DNA from: Squalus acanthias
Lineage: Eukaryota
Assembly (NCBI GenBank): GCA_030390025.1
Contig: CM059432.1
Coordinates: 60,638,001 to 60,702,000, forward strand
DNA length: 64,000 nucleotides
Direction: 5' to 3'
Numbering within the stretch: the first letter of the stretch is position 1; every line of letters starts with the position of its first letter. The notes beneath the pieces are model-generated. The model did no database searches and was not told where the DNA came from. It worked only from the letters and a program-made list of their open reading frames with translations. Positions 25,493 to 36,619 of the stretch are shown in pieces. A program made the position numbers and the translations under genes.

Positions 25493-26080
25493 ATTCCAGG
25501 GATGAGGGTTTACAGTTACGTGGATAGACTAGAGAAGTTGGAGGTGTTCTTGGAGCAGAGAAGGCTAAGAGGAGATTTGATAGAGGTGTTTAAAATCATG
25601 AAGGGTTTAGATAGAGTAAATAAAGAGAAACTGTTTCCAATGTCTGAAGGGTCGATAACCAGAGAGCACAGATTTAAGTTGATTGGCAAAAGAATCAGAG
25701 ACGACATGAGGAAAAACTTTTTTACGCAACGAGTCATTAGGATTTGGAATGCACTACCTGATAGGGTGGTGGATACCGATTCAATTGTAACCTTCAAAAG
25801 GAAATTGGATGAATACATGAAGGAGAAAAAATTGCAGGGATTATGGAGAAAGAGAGGGGGAGTAGGACTAACAGGATTGCTCTTCGAAAGAGTCGGCGCA
25901 GACTCAATGGGAATTCAAACCTTAAAACACAGATAAAAGTAAGAAGACAGTTTAATTTAGTCAGTCCTGTAAACCACTATCCCTACTGGTATTACATTGT
26001 GCATTTTATGACACAACACCACTGCTGTTATAAAACAGTGTATCGAATGGCCTCCTTCTGTGCTGTACTATTCTATGATT
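25493..26080 (+). mobile_element. CR1 3' end containing a templated inverted insertion
   Basis: ORF 25502-25936 (RRLRGDLIEVFKI...FFTQRV) and attctatgatt tail. Confidence 0.9.
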
Positions 26081-26324
26081 GAAATGGGATATAGTGCAGT
26101 TCAGCACCATTAGGACAGTGCCCTGGGCTTTCGTAGCACTGGTGGAGGTCCTGGACATTGGCAGAGCTGTGGAGAGGGTCAGTGCTGCAGTGGGGGACCT
26201 AGCATTTTGTAGCACTGGCGAAAGGGGAAAGTTCTCAAGATTAGCAGTAGAGAAGGGGGAGATTGGGGTCCGGTAGCCCTTGGGGGGCCCTGTGGTTTTG
26301 GATGTTGGGATGTAGTCCTTTTTT

Positions 26325-27330
26325 TAAAATTCATTCTGGGGATATGGGTGTCACTAGCAAGGCCAGCATTTATTGCCCATCCCTAGTTGTCCTGAGAAAG
26401 TGGTGGTGAACATTCTTCTTGAACCGTTGCAGTCCATGTGATGAAGGCACTCCCACAGTGCTGTTAGGCAGGAAGTTCCAGGATTTTGACCTAGCAATGA
26501 TGAAGGAATGGTGATATATGTCCATGCTACGATGGTGTGTGACTTGGAGGGGAACCTGGAGCTGAAGGTGTTCCCATGCACCCGCTGCCCTTGTCCTTCT
26601 AGGTGGTGGAGGTCGTGGGTTTTCGAGATGTGGTTGAAGAAGCCGTGGCAAGTTGCTGCAGTGCATCCTGTAGATAGTGCTCACTGCAGCTACAGTTCAC
26701 CTGTGATGAGGGAATGAATGTTTAAGGTGGTGGATGGGCTGCCAATCAAGAGGACTGCTTTGTCCTGGATGGTGTCGAGCTTCTTGAGTGTTGTTGCAGC
26801 TGCACCCATCCAGGCAAGTGGCGAGTATTCCACCACATTCCTGGCTTATGCCTTGTAGGTGGTGGAGAGGCTTTGGGGAATTAAGAGCTGATCCAGTAGC
26901 TGTAGAATACCCAACCTCTAACCTGCTCTAGTCACATGGCATTTATGTGGCTGGTCCAGTTGAGTTTCTGGTCAATTGCAACCCCTAGGATGTTGATCAT
27001 GGGGGATTTGGTGATGGTAATGTCGTTGAATGTCAAAGGGAGGTGGTTCGACCCTCTCTTGTTGGAGATGGTCATTGCCTGGCACTTGTGTGGCGTGAAG
27101 GTCACTTACCGCTTATCAGCCCAAGCCTGTTGTCCAGGTCTTGCTGCATGTGGGCATGGACTGCTTCATTATCTGAGGAATTGTGAATGGAGCTGAACAC
27201 TCTGCAGTCATCAGTGAACATCCCCACTTCTGACCTTATGATAGAGGGAAGATCATTGATGAAGCAGCTGAAGATAGTTGGCCCGAGGGCGCTGCTCTGA
27301 GGAACTGCTGCAGCGATGTCCCGGGGTTGG
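26325..27330 (-). mobile_element. 3' part of second CR1-group LINE family
   Basis: LGPTIFSCFINDL...MFTDD; colinear with 50800-51810. Confidence 0.88.
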
Positions 27331-27342
27331 AAAAGAGATAAT

Positions 27343-27990
27343 GGCCCTGAAATTGCGGTTGGCAGTGTAGCTAAGGAGTATGCCGCCGACCTCCGAACGA
27401 AATCCGCAATTACCTTGTGAGAAACCCCAAGCGAAAACTTGCTTTGAAACGCTCCGGAGTTGTGCACAGTGTAGTGGCCCACAGATCCCAGGAGCGCACC
27501 GTTGTGCGTAAGCATACCTGAGATCACGTGGGGCGGTGCTCCTTTCACTAGCTAATCAGGAAACATAGACAGCCCGTGTATTATTATGCAGTTACAACTT
27601 GTAAATTAAACGGTGTGAGTACAGTACTTGGCTTTAAAAAGCACGGGGAATACGTTGGCGTAAGTACAGTTATTTACTGGAAGACTCTGCAAGATTTTTA
27701 AAAAATTACAGCAATCTCACCCCTCAAACCGAGCCTTTGCCTGCTAGGTTCTTTTACGTGCTCGTTTTTAATTATTATACAGTTTTCTTATTCCCCCCTC
27801 CCCTCACGCTGATTGATGCGCAGTAGGTGGGCAATTAGCCCAACTTTTCGGCAGCACATCATTTCAATGAGGACTTGAAAGTCACAGCGGATCATCTGTC
27901 TATGCGGAACTTGACAGATCGCAAGTTCGGGATTTAGTGCATGCGGCCATAATAATTTATTTGCCAAGGCGAAAGCCAGGGGCAAAGTAG
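27343..27990. mobile_element. MITE related to 7740-8489
   Basis: Terminus ggccctgaaattgc; internal gatcgcaagttcggg...gcatgcg resembles gaacggaagttctgg...gcatgcg. Confidence 0.55.
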
Positions 27991-28434
27991 GACCAAGAAA
28001 TTGTAAAACTTGCTGGTATAGTTAAAAGTTAAACAAGAGAAAAAGGTCATCAGCAAAATATCTGAGATTTGTGGCTTTGGAGAGCAAATTTGGAAAGCAG
28101 TCATTTAGTTATTTCAAATAGGCTAAAGCGGGTTCTTCCAGTGAAGACAGAAGTGCCACATCGCCATCAATGGATAAAGTGTGCATTGCAGCTGCTGACC
28201 ATTCTAAAATTAACTTGCCTTTTGAAATTCATGTGGTTGAGTGTCACACAGAAGGTTACTACAGTATCCTTATCATGGCAAAGTAAGAAAACTAAACTAT
28301 TTTAATATATTACTAGAAAATCCCCTGTGGTTTTTATTCATGGTGAGTAAGAAAATATGTTGTTTTATAATAAGTTCCTCTTATGTTTTAGATATTCTCT
28401 CGGGTGCAGTGGTGCTTGTCACTCCCGTAAATAA

Positions 28435-28888
28435 AGAATGAGTTTGCATTTATATAGTGCCTTTCATGACCTTGAGATGTCCCAAAACACTTTATAGCCA
28501 ATTAAGTACTTTTGTTATAATATAGGAAACCCGGCAGCCAACTTGCACACAGCAAGGTCCTGCAAACAGCACTAAGATAATGACTAGATAATCTGTTTTA
28601 GTAATGTTGGTTGAGGGATAAATATTGGCCAGGACACCGGGAAGAACACCCCTGCTCGTCTTCAAAAAGTGTCATGGGATCTTTTACGTCCACCTGAGAG
28701 GGCAGACAGGGCCTCAGTTTAACGTCTCATCCTAAAGATAACACCTTTGACCGTGCAGCACTCTGCTCAGTACTGCACTAAAGTGTCACTGAACCTAGAT
28801 TATGTCCTCAATTTCCTGGAATGGGACTTGAATCCACAACCTTCTGACTCAGAGGTGAGAGTACTACTACTGAGCCATGGCTGACACC
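28435..28888 (-). mobile_element. Deu-domain SINE
   Basis: Full-length match to 22708-23177. Confidence 0.88.
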
Positions 28889-29008
28889 CAAGTATTCTGA
28901 GCATCTTGTGTTCAGGCATGTGCCCATACTGCCCAATCTCTAATTGTACACTAGTGTAGTCAAAGGATATAACAATAGGACCCCCTTGTGATCTGGATTG
29001 GATATCAT

Positions 29009-29323
29009 GGGGGAAAAGTTTCGGCTGCTTTGCGCCTTCCGTTAGCGCCCTAAGAGGGCGCTAACGGGGCGCAAAGCAACTAGCGCGGCGCCACCAACGC
29101 TTCCTGCGAATTTCAGTGGGAGGTTAGCGGCAGCGGTAACCATTAGCACCCTGCGGCACTGCGCCGCCGGTGATGACGTCATCGCCGTGCGCAGCGCGCT
29201 GGCCGCAATCTTCGGTTGTGCCCCCTGACTTACCGCCAGACACTATGTCCGACGGGGTCAGGGGGGCCTACCTGCCCTGGCGAAGTTAGCGCCCCAAAGG
29301 GGCCGCGACATAATTTTTTCCCC
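29009..29323. mobile_element. CpG-rich MITE with 3-bp TSD
   Basis: cat|gggggaaaagtt...aattttttcccc|cat, with internal hairpin gttagcgccct-aag-agggcgctaac. Confidence 0.7.
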
Positions 29324-29415
29324 CATGTCTTTCACATGTGTCCTCATGCACTTCTCCAATCTGTTCAACGATGGACTGAAACATTTAGTGAGACATGGCC
29401 AGATATGAAACGGGT

Positions 29416-29879
29416 ACGGTAGCATAGTGGTTATATTACTGGACTACTAATCCAGAGGCTTGGACCAATAATCCAGTGAGTTCAAACCCCACCACGGCAG
29501 CTGGGGGATTTAAATTCAGTTAATTAAATAAATACTGGAATAAAAAGCTAGTATTAATAATCATGACCATGAAACTACTGAATTGTCGTAAAACCCCATC
29601 TGGTTCACTAATGTCCTTTAGGGAAGGAAACCTGCCGTCCTTACCCGGTCTCGCCTATATGTGACTCCAGACTCTCAGCAATGCGGTTGATTCTTAACTA
29701 CCCTCTAAAATGGCCTAGCGAGCTAGAATTATCAAAGACTGCAACGAAAAACTATAATCCACATGGACTGCAGCGGTTCAAGGCGGCGGCCCACTACCAC
29801 CTTCTAAAGGCAATTAGGGATGGGCAATAAATGCTGGCCTTGTCAATGACGCCCACATCCCATGAATGAATAAAAAAAA
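29416..29879 (+). mobile_element. Full-length tRNA-derived SINE sharing its 3' tail with the LINE at 50797-54760
   Basis: A box tagcatagtgg, B box gagttcaaacc and tail gcaattagggatgggcaataaatgctggcctt...cccacatcccatgaatgaataaaaaaaa. Confidence 0.88.
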
Positions 29880-30060
29880 TACAAGTGCAAGTACAGAGCA
29901 ACAGACGTAATCAAATCTCATCTTGATTCCACTAACTGCAAAACCCTTCTTGAAAAGAAGAAAAGTAACAAACAAAAATGCTACACTATCCCTATCCGTG
30001 GGCTCGCTTATCTTTTCCTGGTCAAACTTCTGACCGTGCCTGAATCTAGATTTGAGATGA

Positions 30061-30159
30061 TGCGTATTTCTTCACTTCACCTGACGAAGTAGCAGCCGCT
30101 CCGAAAGCTTGTGATTTCAAATAAAACTGTTGGACTATAACCTGGTGTTGTGCGACTTC
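30061..30159 (+). mobile_element. ~100-bp Penelope terminus consisting of a hammerhead motif (30077-30114) plus 3' end
   Basis: tcac-ctgacga-agtagcagccgctcc-gaaa-gctt-gtga; 16-bp direct repeat tctagatttgagatga at 30045-30060 and 30160-30175. Confidence 0.88.
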
Positions 30160-30423
30160 TCTAGATTTGAGATGAGTGAGTTTTCCCTTGCTAGCCCAAG
30201 CTTATGTGCCCCTTTTTCCCTTTCTCTGTTTTCTCAGGAGGGCCGTCCCTCTGACTCCTTCCCTAATTAGTAGGTTTGTCAGTAAAACCAGCTACCTCTC
30301 CTCCCTCCTTAGGGCGCAGGTTTAAAGAAAGGGGGACAACACCTCCTGCTATTATCAATGAATAGCGGCCATCCAAGCTTATTGGGATGAGACAATGCAT
30401 CCTCATTGTATCAGTTTGATATA

Positions 30424-31487
30424 AATGAGAAGTCGCACAACACCAGGTTATAGTCCAACAGATTTATTTAAAATTACAAGCTTTCGGAGCTGTCGCTCCT
30501 TCTTCAGGTAGGGTAGCTGTGAGAGAATCTCCCAGAATTCACAATATAAACACAGAAAAAATGTAGTCAAATCTTTCCCTACATCAAAGACACACTAAGA
30601 GCACAGCCAAGACAATGAGATGTGTCCCAGGGGGTCCAACGTGTCAAAACACCTGCTGGCTGCATATCCTCTCCATTTGTGTTTGGTTCTTGTGTTAGTT
30701 TTTTTTTAAAAAAACCTGGAAAGACCGGCCATGATGTCAAGTCACGTTCTGTATCGTGACATGAACCCGATATCGCGATTGAGGCCATCCTCATGAGTGC
30801 GGAACTTGGCTATCAGTTTCTGCTCTATGATTTTGCGCTGTCGTGTATCCCGAAGGCCGCCTTGGAGAACGCTTACCCGCAGATCCGAGGCTGAATGCCC
30901 CTGGCTGCTGAAGTGTTCCCCGACTGGGAGGCAACCCTCCTGCCTGGCGATTGTTGCGCGGTGTCCGTTCATACGTTGTCTCAGTGTCTGCATGGTCTCG
31001 CCGATGTACCATGCTCTGGGGCATCCTTTACTGCAACGTATCAGGTAGACAACGTTGGCCGAGTCACATGAGTATGTACCATGTACCTGGTGGGTAGTGT
31101 CCTCACGTGTGATGATGGTATCTGTGTCCATGATCTGGCATGTCTTGCAGAGGTTGCCGTGGCAGGGTTGTGTGGTGTCGTGGTTGCTGTTCTCCTGAAA
31201 GATGGGTAATCTGCTGCGAACGATGGTACTTTTGAGGTTAGGCAGCTGCTTGAAGGCAAGTAGTGGAGGCGTGGGGATGGCCTTAGCAAGGTGTTCGTCG
31301 TCATCGATGACATGTTGAAGGCTGCGAAGAACATGGCGTAGTTTTTCCGCTCCGGGGAAGTACTGACGACGTAGGGTACTCTGTTGGTTGTGTCCCGTGT
31401 TCATCTTCTGAGGAGGTCTATGCGGTTTTTCGCTGTGGCCCGTCGGAACTGTCGATCGACGAGTCGAGCGTCATATCCCGTTCTTAC
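30424..31487 (-). mobile_element. 5'-truncated Penelope-like element with open GIY-YIG endonuclease region
   Basis: ORF 30742-31404 (CHGNLCKTC...NVVYLIRC...YIGET...EQKLI...GLNRD); TSD gtttgatata at 30414-30423 and 31488-31497. Confidence 0.93.
30475..30510 (-). ncRNA. Minimal hammerhead ribozyme motif
   Basis: Minus strand reads UAC-CUGAAGA-A-GGAGC(gaca)GCUCC-GAAA-GCUU-GUA. Confidence 0.85.
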
Positions 31488-31784
31488 GTTTGATATAGGC
31501 TGTGAGCTGTGACATTCCACAAACTGGCTCATCTGGGTTTAATACACATCTTCAGCACCTGTAGCCTATGGCTTTTTTTTAAATGTGCACATTTACTTTA
31601 TTTTGAAACATATTTAAACATGGTTCATTCCAAATCCTTTTTTGTAAAGAAATAAAAAATCCCAAAATGTGACAGGATGTTATGAACAACAACAGGTGGT
31701 GGTACACCTACTTAGTTACTTTTTATATCTACGTAATTTTTTATTCATATTTTATCCCCAGTGCCAGTGGTGAAAAGCATAATT

Positions 31785-32310
31785 TTTAACAGTTGGTAGC
31801 ATAAATGTGGGCAGGAGCAATAATAAAGGTGAATATGAATTATAAATCAGGGCAAGCAGCTTGCAGGTGCAATGGTGGCTATTTATTTATTTATTTTTAG
31901 TTTTGGCAGCAGGGAAAATACCTATTCTAAAAGGTTGTTATTTACTTCTTTATTTTGGGGTTGCTGGCAGGGGGAGCAATGCATGTTTTGAAAGGCTGGT
32001 ATTTATTTATAGCTAGGTTCCTGATTTGGGGGAGAGGAATGAATACTTTGAAAGGTTGGTATTTATTTCTTTATTTTTGTGTTGCTGGTGCAGGCAAAAT
32101 CTTAATTTGAAAGACTAGAAGTATAAAAGAAATAAACTGAAGAGGAAAATGTTGATTTTTTTGAAGGCTGATATATTATTTATAAGTTGGCAGCAAGGGG
32201 GAAATCTTAATTTTGAAAGGCTGTCAATATAAAAATGAAATCAAGAAGAAAATCTTTATTTTTAAAGGTTGATGGTATAAATCTTGGTGAGCACAAATTA
32301 TAAAGGCAAT
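31785..32310 (+). repeat. Degenerate tandem array, ~40-60-bp period, core ttTGAAAGGYTGgtatttatt
   Basis: Core (aaagg or a variant) at 31825, 31871, 31930, 31991, 32051, 32110, 32163, 32216, 32264 and 32302. Confidence 0.7.
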
Positions 32311-32337
32311 GGGAAATTGGGGTGAGTAGCCAGCAGT

Positions 32338-32572
32338 GGTGTTGGTTGAGGGATAATTATTGACCAACACACTGGGAGAACTCCCCTGCTCTTCTTTGAG
32401 GAGTGCCATAGATGTTTTACGTCTACCTGAACAGATAGACAGGGTCTCGGTTTAACATCCCATCTGAAATGTGGTATCTCCAATAATACTGGACTGCACT
32501 GAACTGTCAACATAGATTGTGCTTGAACTCACAAGCTTCTGACTCGGGTGAGAGTGCCACCAAATGAGCCAA
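32338..32572 (-). mobile_element. Partial Deu-domain SINE
   Basis: gttggttgagggataa...ctcccctgctcttc...ttctgactc...gagagtgccacc. Confidence 0.8.
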
Positions 32573-33480
32573 ACCCTAGATTCTATCAGATTGTATCATC
32601 ACTATATTTGCATAGTATTCTCTGTGTTATTACTCAAGTCAGCATGTCCCTACGTGATTGTTATTAGGGGAACGTTACATGGCGTGAACATTACGGTGCT
32701 TGCTATGACCTCAGGGAAAGCCTCCGGTTTCACAATCCCCTGCTTCCTCTGCACTCTCTTCTACAATTTCCAACATGGCTTTCTTGAATCAAGTTAAGGG
32801 CTCTGTTATCCCTTGCTGCATTACCAGTGCAGACAGTTCATGCCAGTTGAAGGCCAGCTTGTCCTTATAGGTAGAAGCGCAGTATTAATCCTGTGAACAT
32901 ACATAGCACTGACACTGTCAGGAAGCAGTACGGTTTGTGTGGCAACTAGCTTTTTTAAGTGAATTGGCACCATCCTGCTGGGTCTCCTTCCAAGCATTCA
33001 GTCTAAATGATTTTTCTGGAATTCTTGCTGTGCACACAGGTTTAAAGGAGCTCAGCAAAGTAGCCTAATAATTTACTTCAAAACTGTATTTTCTGTACAG
33101 AACTGTTCTCTCCATTCCCTTGATGCTGTCTTCCACTTCCTTGCTTGTTTGATTAGAACTGTAATTGTCTGGTCATCAAATGGGCCTCCATTCCCATTAC
33201 TTAGAAAACAGCTGAACTGGGCTGGCATGAGCAACTTCAAAGCCATAACACTTTAAACAGCTGCTGGGCTTGAGTGTTCTTGCTAGCATTTCATTTGCAA
33301 CGGTAATGTGCAATTGTTACAACACATGCCCTCTCACAGTAAATAAAACTGGGTCCATGATACACTCTATAACACCAAAACAATGCTTTGTTAATCCTTA
33401 ATTATAGCAAATCTAGTGATTTCTGGGATATTGTATCCAATATTGGAGAACCTCCATTTTTTTAAAGGCATGTTTCTCCT

Positions 33481-33536
33481 TGACAGCCGGAACTTCTATT
33501 GCTAACCGCAGTTAGCAATCGAAGTTCCGACTGTCA
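33481..33536. repeat. Near-perfect 26-bp-stem hairpin
   Basis: tgacagccggaacttctattgctaac-cgca-gttagcaatcgaagttccgactgtca (24 of 26 paired). Confidence 0.85.
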
Positions 33537-34029
33537 TTGTATTTTCATGCACTGGTCAAGGCGTAAATACTGTAGCTGCTGATAGGAGGAGTCCTTTTTC
33601 ATTTAATCCCCAAAGAAAGACTATACTCGCTTGATCCTTTACACCCGGAGAGTTCCAACTAGGCTCAAGAGACCTGCAAGTAAGACCTAAAGCCCACTAT
33701 CTCTTAGGAGGAGTAACAAAACATTTCTTTGCCTCCAATGGTTGTGCAAAGCTTAATTTAATGCAGTAACCCATATGTACCTTTCTGCCATTGCATACTG
33801 TTATAAAATGGGGCCCATTGTGGAAATGTTCAGATCTCTGAATCTGCAATCAGTCAAGCCCCACAATGAATTTGTATTGATTTTCCAGTCCTCTTGCAAA
33901 TTGTGTTTTTTAAATAAATAGAATAATCAAAAAAATGTAAAATTGTTAGTAATATTCACAGTAATCCAAAAAACTGATGCTTTTCCAACAGCTTCACTTA
34001 TTGATTATTTTAAATTGGAAGTTCCATGT

Positions 34030-34187
34030 GGGTGAAATTCGATTTGGGCGGTAATGCAAAACAGGCAATAGCGAATCGGCAACCCATTTTACACCACCCG
34101 ATTTTTCTCTTCCATTGTAGAGTGTAAGATGGCTGCCAATTCACTATCGCCCGTTTTGCGCTACTGTCCCAGGTGAATTTCAACCCC
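34030..34187. mobile_element. Palindromic MITE
   Basis: gggtgaaattc...tgggcggtaatgcaaaac versus gttttgcgctactgtccca...gaatttcaacccc. Confidence 0.7.
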
Positions 34188-34784
34188 GATGTGCCTTGGT
34201 CTTATTTGTTTATTCTCTATTTAATGTCTGTGTTCGGTATTCCTAGTGAGCAACTGCTATTTCTGTGTCTATCTTTAATGTGTGCAGGATGCAAAATCAA
34301 AGGATTAGTTTCTCAACCACTGAAGTGTAAATGAATTTAATGAATCTAATTTAAATGCCACCCTTGTAGCCTATTTATAAGAAATATGATGTTATTTAAA
34401 TTATAAGGTGTATATGTTAGGACGCTGACTATTAAAGCACATTCCAGGATTCCAAATGATAAACTTCAATGTTTTGAATTGTGCTATTCCATTGTTAATT
34501 TAATGTTTTGTAATTTTTGCTGTACTTTTTTTTTAATTTACCCCTTTCCATGCCTGCCCAGCTTCATGCTGTCTACTTCTAATACAGAAGCTTTGACAAC
34601 TTAGGCAACAGAGGTTTCCATTATGTGTTTTGTGGGCAGGATAAGCTCCACTGATGATTTTTGCCATTTAAAAAAAAATGTAATGACGAAAATTCATTTC
34701 AGTAAGATAGACCAACCTACACAGCCTATGATGTGGAAAGTGGTGCTATGACAAGCTATCAAGTTTCTTTGTGATCCATGAGAC

Positions 34785-35630
34785 ACTTTGTCCTTTCTTA
34801 CAAATATCTCCATTGCTTCACTCCATCCTACCTCTCCAACCTCCCTTTGGCCCAACTCACACCCTCTGCCCTTCCTATTGTGGCCCCATGTGCATCGCTT
34901 GCTCCATCTGGTCCACCATTGGTGGCAAAGCCTTCAGTCACCAACCCTTGCACTCTGGAATCTTCTCCCTAAACACCTCTGCCTTGCTACATACCTCTCA
35001 ATCCTCACTGCTTCCTCAAAATGAACCTTCCAGTTTCACCATGTCTTCAGTCTCTTCCCTTAACTTCCTTTCCATCTCCTTTTAGGTTTCTGATATTCAC
35101 TTTCTTCCCAAGGTCCCTACCATCATAGATTAAACTGACCAGCCAATTCCGTTCACTCTGCGTGGCATTAAGAAACAGCTGAATACACTGGATACAACAA
35201 CGACAACAATAACTTGTATTTATATCGTGCCTTTAACATAGTAAAACATCCCAAGGCGTATCACAGGAGTATTATAAGACAAAAATTTGACACCGAGCCA
35301 CATAAGGAGAAATTAGGGCAGATGACCATAACCTTGGTCAAAGAGGTTTTAATGAGCGTCTTAAAGGAGGAACGAGAGGTTTAGGGAGGGAATTCCAGAG
35401 CTTAGGGCCTAGGCAACAGAAGGCACGGCCACCAATGGTTGAGCGATTATAATCAGGGATGCTCAAGAGGGCAGAATTAGAGGAGCGCAGATATCTCTGG
35501 GGTGGGGGGAGGTTGTGGGGCTGGCGGAGATTACAGGGATAGGGAGGGGCGAGGCCATGGAGGGATTTGACAACAAGGATGAGAATTTTGAAATCGAGGC
35601 GTTGCTTAACCGGGAGCCAATGTAGGCAAG
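34785..35630. mobile_element. L2 3' fragments (+ at 34785-35050; - at 35198-35630)
   Basis: LHWLPVKQRLDFKILILV...LAPPY...GGRAF...WNSLP, with (caa)n tail. Confidence 0.85.
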
Positions 35631-36619
35631 CACAGGCCGCACCGGAAATGGGCGGAAAGCGAGGCGGACGCCATTTTAAAAAAAAACTGCCAAAAGTACC
35701 AGCTCTATGGAGGTGAATTTTGTGGCCAATAAGTTTTGCATCTGAATATGCCTTGGAGTATCGCTTTGTGATATTTACTTCTAGTTCTGCTACCTTGCTG
35801 TTTAACTGTAAATGACATGAAACACAGCAAACTGCCACGTGCATTATTTGTGTGTAATAAACAATCTTTGTCTAACAAATGCAATTGACATGTTCATCAG
35901 CAAACAAACCGGTTGCTGCAGTTTCTAATGAGAAAACACATTTATTGTACAGCAGTGCCAGATTTACGGCTCTATTTTCCATTTTGGCAGTCTTTAGTCT
36001 TAACTGTTAATCTGCAAATAAATCTATTACTTCAAAATTGGTTCTTCCACAGAAGAAGCTTATCAAATACTTATTTCCACTGAAATTTTGACTCTTATTT
36101 CATGAACAATTAAACAGTTTTTTTTCAGAAAGTTGAACGCATTAATTTCTTCTAAAGCTGGTAGCTCAGCAACATTTTTCTTCATGTATTTTAAATGAAG
36201 TTATGTCTGAAATTTACTGCCTACAGGTACAGTTGCCAACCTTGGCCCTGGAATAAATGCAAATTATCTACAGCTACTGGAATTACTATGTTAATTAACT
36301 GATCAAATCTGTTGTAAGTGTGTTAAGCAATAAAATGTGACACTGCATTTAAACTACCCCAGCAGTATCAATAGAATACTGGATACCGAACCAGAGATTC
36401 TTTTTGATCCCTGGTGATTGCCGTCACTCAGATTCTCCTGTCCTCACTGTGGGGGAGAGGGGGTGGGGGGTGGCGGATTTGCCAATTTATGTCAGATCAG
36501 TAGATGGAGCATTGCATGACAGCAGAATGTCCCAAAACCATGATGGGAAAGGGGAAAGCAAAAAGACTAGAATAATCCCACCTGCATAAAAAACACTTGT
36601 CTTGGGTAATTGTGGAGAG

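Noticed and set aside
31785..32310. CRISPR array interpretation
   Set aside because: Repeats are degenerate, spacing is irregular, spacers resemble each other, no cas genes, vertebrate intron.
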